Virus record (IMG/VR): IMGVR_UViG_2693429679_000007
DNA length: 5,717 nucleotides
Strand: one strand, 5' to 3'
Source: a virus
Taxonomy: Duplodnaviria; Heunggongvirae; Uroviricota; Caudoviricetes
Made by a program: the position numbers and the translations under genes. The notes beneath the pieces are model-generated. The model was not told the DNA's origin. It saw only the letters and a list, made by a program, of their open reading frames with translations, and did no database searches. This document shows positions 1 through 5,717 of this stretch, one piece after another. Position 1 is the stretch's first letter, and every line of letters begins with the position of its first letter.

Positions 1-1781
<1,781 letters not shown>

Positions 1782-1782
1782 N

Positions 1783-2694
1783 CCTATAACCGCAGTAATG
1801 TGGTGATGCCGGATGATGGCGCGCCGTTCCGCTACAGTTTCAGCGCCCTGAAAGACCGCCATAATGCCGTTGAGGTGAACTGGATTGACCCGGATAACGG
1901 CTGGGAGACGGCGACAGAGCTTGTGGAGGATACGCAGGCCATTGTCCGTTACGGTCGTAACGTCACGAAGATGGATGCCTTTGGCTGTACCAGCCGGGGG
2001 CAGGCACACCGCGCCGGGCTGTGGCTGATTAAAACGGAACTGCTGGAGACGCAGACCGTGGATTTCAGCGTGGGTGCTGAAGGGCTTCGTCATGTACCGG
2101 GCGATGTCATTGAAATCTGCGATGATGACTATGCCGGTATCCGCACCGGCGGGCGCGTGCTGGCGGTGAACAGCCAGACCCGGACGCTGACGCTCGACCG
2201 TGAAATCACGCTGCCATCCTCCGGCACCACGCTGATAAGCCTGGTTGACGGGCAGGGGAATCCGGTCAGCGTGGAGGTCCAGTCCGTCACCGACGGCGTG
2301 AAGGTAAAAGTGAGCCGTGTTCCTGACGGTGTTGCTGAATACAGCGTGTGGGGGCTGAAGCTGCCGACGCTGCACCAGCGATTGTTCCGCTGCGTGAGTA
2401 TCCGTGAGAACGACGACGGCACGTATGCCATCACCGCCGTGCAGCATGTGCCGGAAAAAGAAGCCATCGTGGATAACGGGGCGCACTTTGACGGCGACCA
2501 GAGCGGCACGGTGAATGGTGTCACGCCGCCAGCGGTGCAGCACCTGACTGCCGAAGTCACCGCAGACAGCGGGGAATATCAGGTGCTGGCGCGCTGGGAC
2601 ACGCCGAAGGTGGTGAAGGGCGTGAGCTTCCTGCTCCGTCTGACCGTAACAGCGGATGACGGCAGTGAGCGGCTGGTCAGCACGGCCCGGACGA
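1783..2694 (+). CDS. J: Protein J internal fragment, allele 2 (homologous to window positions 665-1576), frame +3, bounded by ambiguous bases on both sides
   Basis: Track ORF 1800..2720 ([46 protein letters not shown]...) is the same J region as 667-1576 but diverged: by hand count about 37 nt differences in 912 bp, giving 7 amino-acid changes (IRTGGRV for ISIGGRV, SGTTLISLVDGQGNP for [21 protein letters not shown] for [18 protein letters not shown] for [12 protein letters not shown]). The offset to copy 1 is a constant 1118 bp with no indels. The ORF's apparent end at 2720 is produced by the N run and a frame change. Confidence 0.85.
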
Positions 2695-2700
2695 NNNNNN
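2695..2700. other. Run of six ambiguous bases (nnnnnn) at the junction between the allele 2 and allele 1 fragments; single n bases mark the other two junctions (1782, 4213)
   Basis: Read directly from the sequence. All three discontinuities in J collinearity coincide exactly with N characters. Confidence 0.95.
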
Positions 2701-4212
<1,512 letters not shown>

Positions 4213-4213
4213 N

Positions 4214-4483
4214 ATGCCATCACCGCCGTGCAGCATGTGCCGGAAAAAGAAGCCATCGTGGATAACGGGGCGCACTTTGACGGCGACCAGAGCGGCACGG
4301 TGAATGGTGTCACGCCGCCAGCGGTGCAGCACCTGACTGCCGAAGTCACCGCAGACAGCGGGGAATATCAGGTGCTGGCGCGCTGGGACACGCCGAAGGT
4401 GGTGAAGGGCGTGAGCTTCCTGCTCCGTCTGACCGTAACAGCGGATGACGGCAGTGAGCGGCTGGTCAGCACGGCCCGGACGA
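4214..4483 (+). repeat. Exact 270-bp direct duplicate of 2425-2694 (allele 2 of J)
   Basis: Compared block by block with no mismatch seen; the shared reverse-strand ORF text ([39 protein letters not shown] in 1767..2543 and 3850..4941) reflects the same overlap. Confidence 0.8.
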
Positions 4484-5717
4484 CGGAAACCACTTACCGC
4501 TTCACACAACTGGCGCTGGGGAACTACAGGCTGACAGTCCGGGCAGTAAATGCGTGGGGGCAGCAGGGCGATCCGGCGTCGGTATCGTTCCGGATTGCCG
4601 CACCGGCAGCGCTGTCGCGGATTGAGCTGACGCCGGGCTATTTTCAGATAACCGCCACGCCGCATCTTGCGGTTTATGATCCGACGGTACAGTTTGAGTT
4701 CTGGTTCTCGGAAAAGCGGATTGCGGATATCAGGCAGGTTGAAACCACAGCACGCTATCTTGGCACGGCGCTGTACTGGATAGCCGCCAGTATCAATATC
4801 AAACCGGGCCATGATTATTACTTTTATATCCGCAGTGTGAACACCGTTGGCAAATCGGCATTCGTGGAGGCTGTTGGTCAGCCGAGTGATGATGCATCCG
4901 GTTATCTGGATTTTTTCAAAGGCGAGATAGGGAAAACCCATCTGGCTCAGGAGCTGTGGACGCAGATTGATAACGGTCAGCTTGCGCCTGACCTGGCTGA
5001 AATCAGGACGTCCATTACGGATGTCAGCAATGAAATCACGCAGACCGTCAATAAGAAACTGGAAGACCAGAGTGCGGCAATTCAGCAGATACAGAAGGTT
5101 CAGGTTGATACAAATAATAACCTGAACAGCATGTGGGCTGTGAAGCTGCAGCAGATGCAGGACGGACGCCTTTATATCGCGGGTATTGGTGCCGGTATTG
5201 AGAACACCCCTGACGGCATGCAGAGTCAGGTGCTGCTGGCGGCGGACAGGATTGCGATGGTTAATCCTGCGAATGGCAACACAAAACCGATGTTTGTTGG
5301 TCAGGGCGATCAGATATTCATGAACGACGTGTTCCTGAAACGCCTGACGGCCCCCACCATTACCAGCGGTGGAAATCCATCGGCATTTTCCCTGACTCCG
5401 GACGGAAAGCTGACCGCTAAAAATGCGGATATCAGTGGCAGTGTGAATGCGAACGCCGGGACGCTCAACAATGTCACGGTAAATGAAAACTGTACGATTA
5501 AGGGCATGCTGGAGGCGACTCAGGTCAGAGGTGACTTCGTTAAAGCTGTATCCAAATCATTTCCGAAACAGGCTGGTACGTGGGGTAACACGGAAACACC
5601 AAACGGGACGGTTACAGTCACCATAAGCGATGATCATAACTTTGACCGCCAGATTATTATTCCGCCCATTATTTTTAACGGTATAGCGTATGACGATCCG
5701 GGGAGCGGAAATAACCC
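4214..5717 (+). CDS. J: Protein J fragment, allele 2 (re-starts at the position equivalent to 2425 of the second fragment), frame +1, 3' end beyond the window; not in the ORF track because it runs off the window
   Basis: I translated frame +1 from 4213 to 5717 by hand and found no stop: (Y)[188 protein letters not shown]...[96 protein letters not shown]...[135 protein letters not shown]. Bases 4214-4483 are identical to 2425-2694. Confidence 0.88.

Overview
The whole window is coding sequence of a lambdoid-phage tail tip protein, gpJ (host-specificity / tip attachment protein J, the central tail fibre). I did not find a novel biological system here. The window contains four J fragments from two alleles, interleaved as allele 1 (1-1781), allele 2 (1783-2694), allele 1 again (2701-4212) and allele 2 again (4214-5717). 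Every junction sits on ambiguous bases (n at 1782, nnnnnn at 2695-2700, n at 4213), restarts at a non-homologous J position, and changes reading frame (+1, +3, +2, +1). Segments of the same allele overlap exactly: 1032-1781 equals 2701-3450, and 2425-2694 equals 4214-4483. The most likely explanation is a mis-assembled or concatenated representation of two paralogous J genes from different lambdoid prophages, not a real contiguous locus. The real biology is in the allele differences: patchy, mostly synonymous divergence in the conserved body, a replaced and longer segment in allele 2 after the FN3-like domains, and a C-terminal region at the window end that differs from my recollection of lambda J. 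I see no rRNA, tRNA, CRISPR array, IS element or intergenic regulatory region. All minus-strand ORFs in the track are antisense shadows of J.
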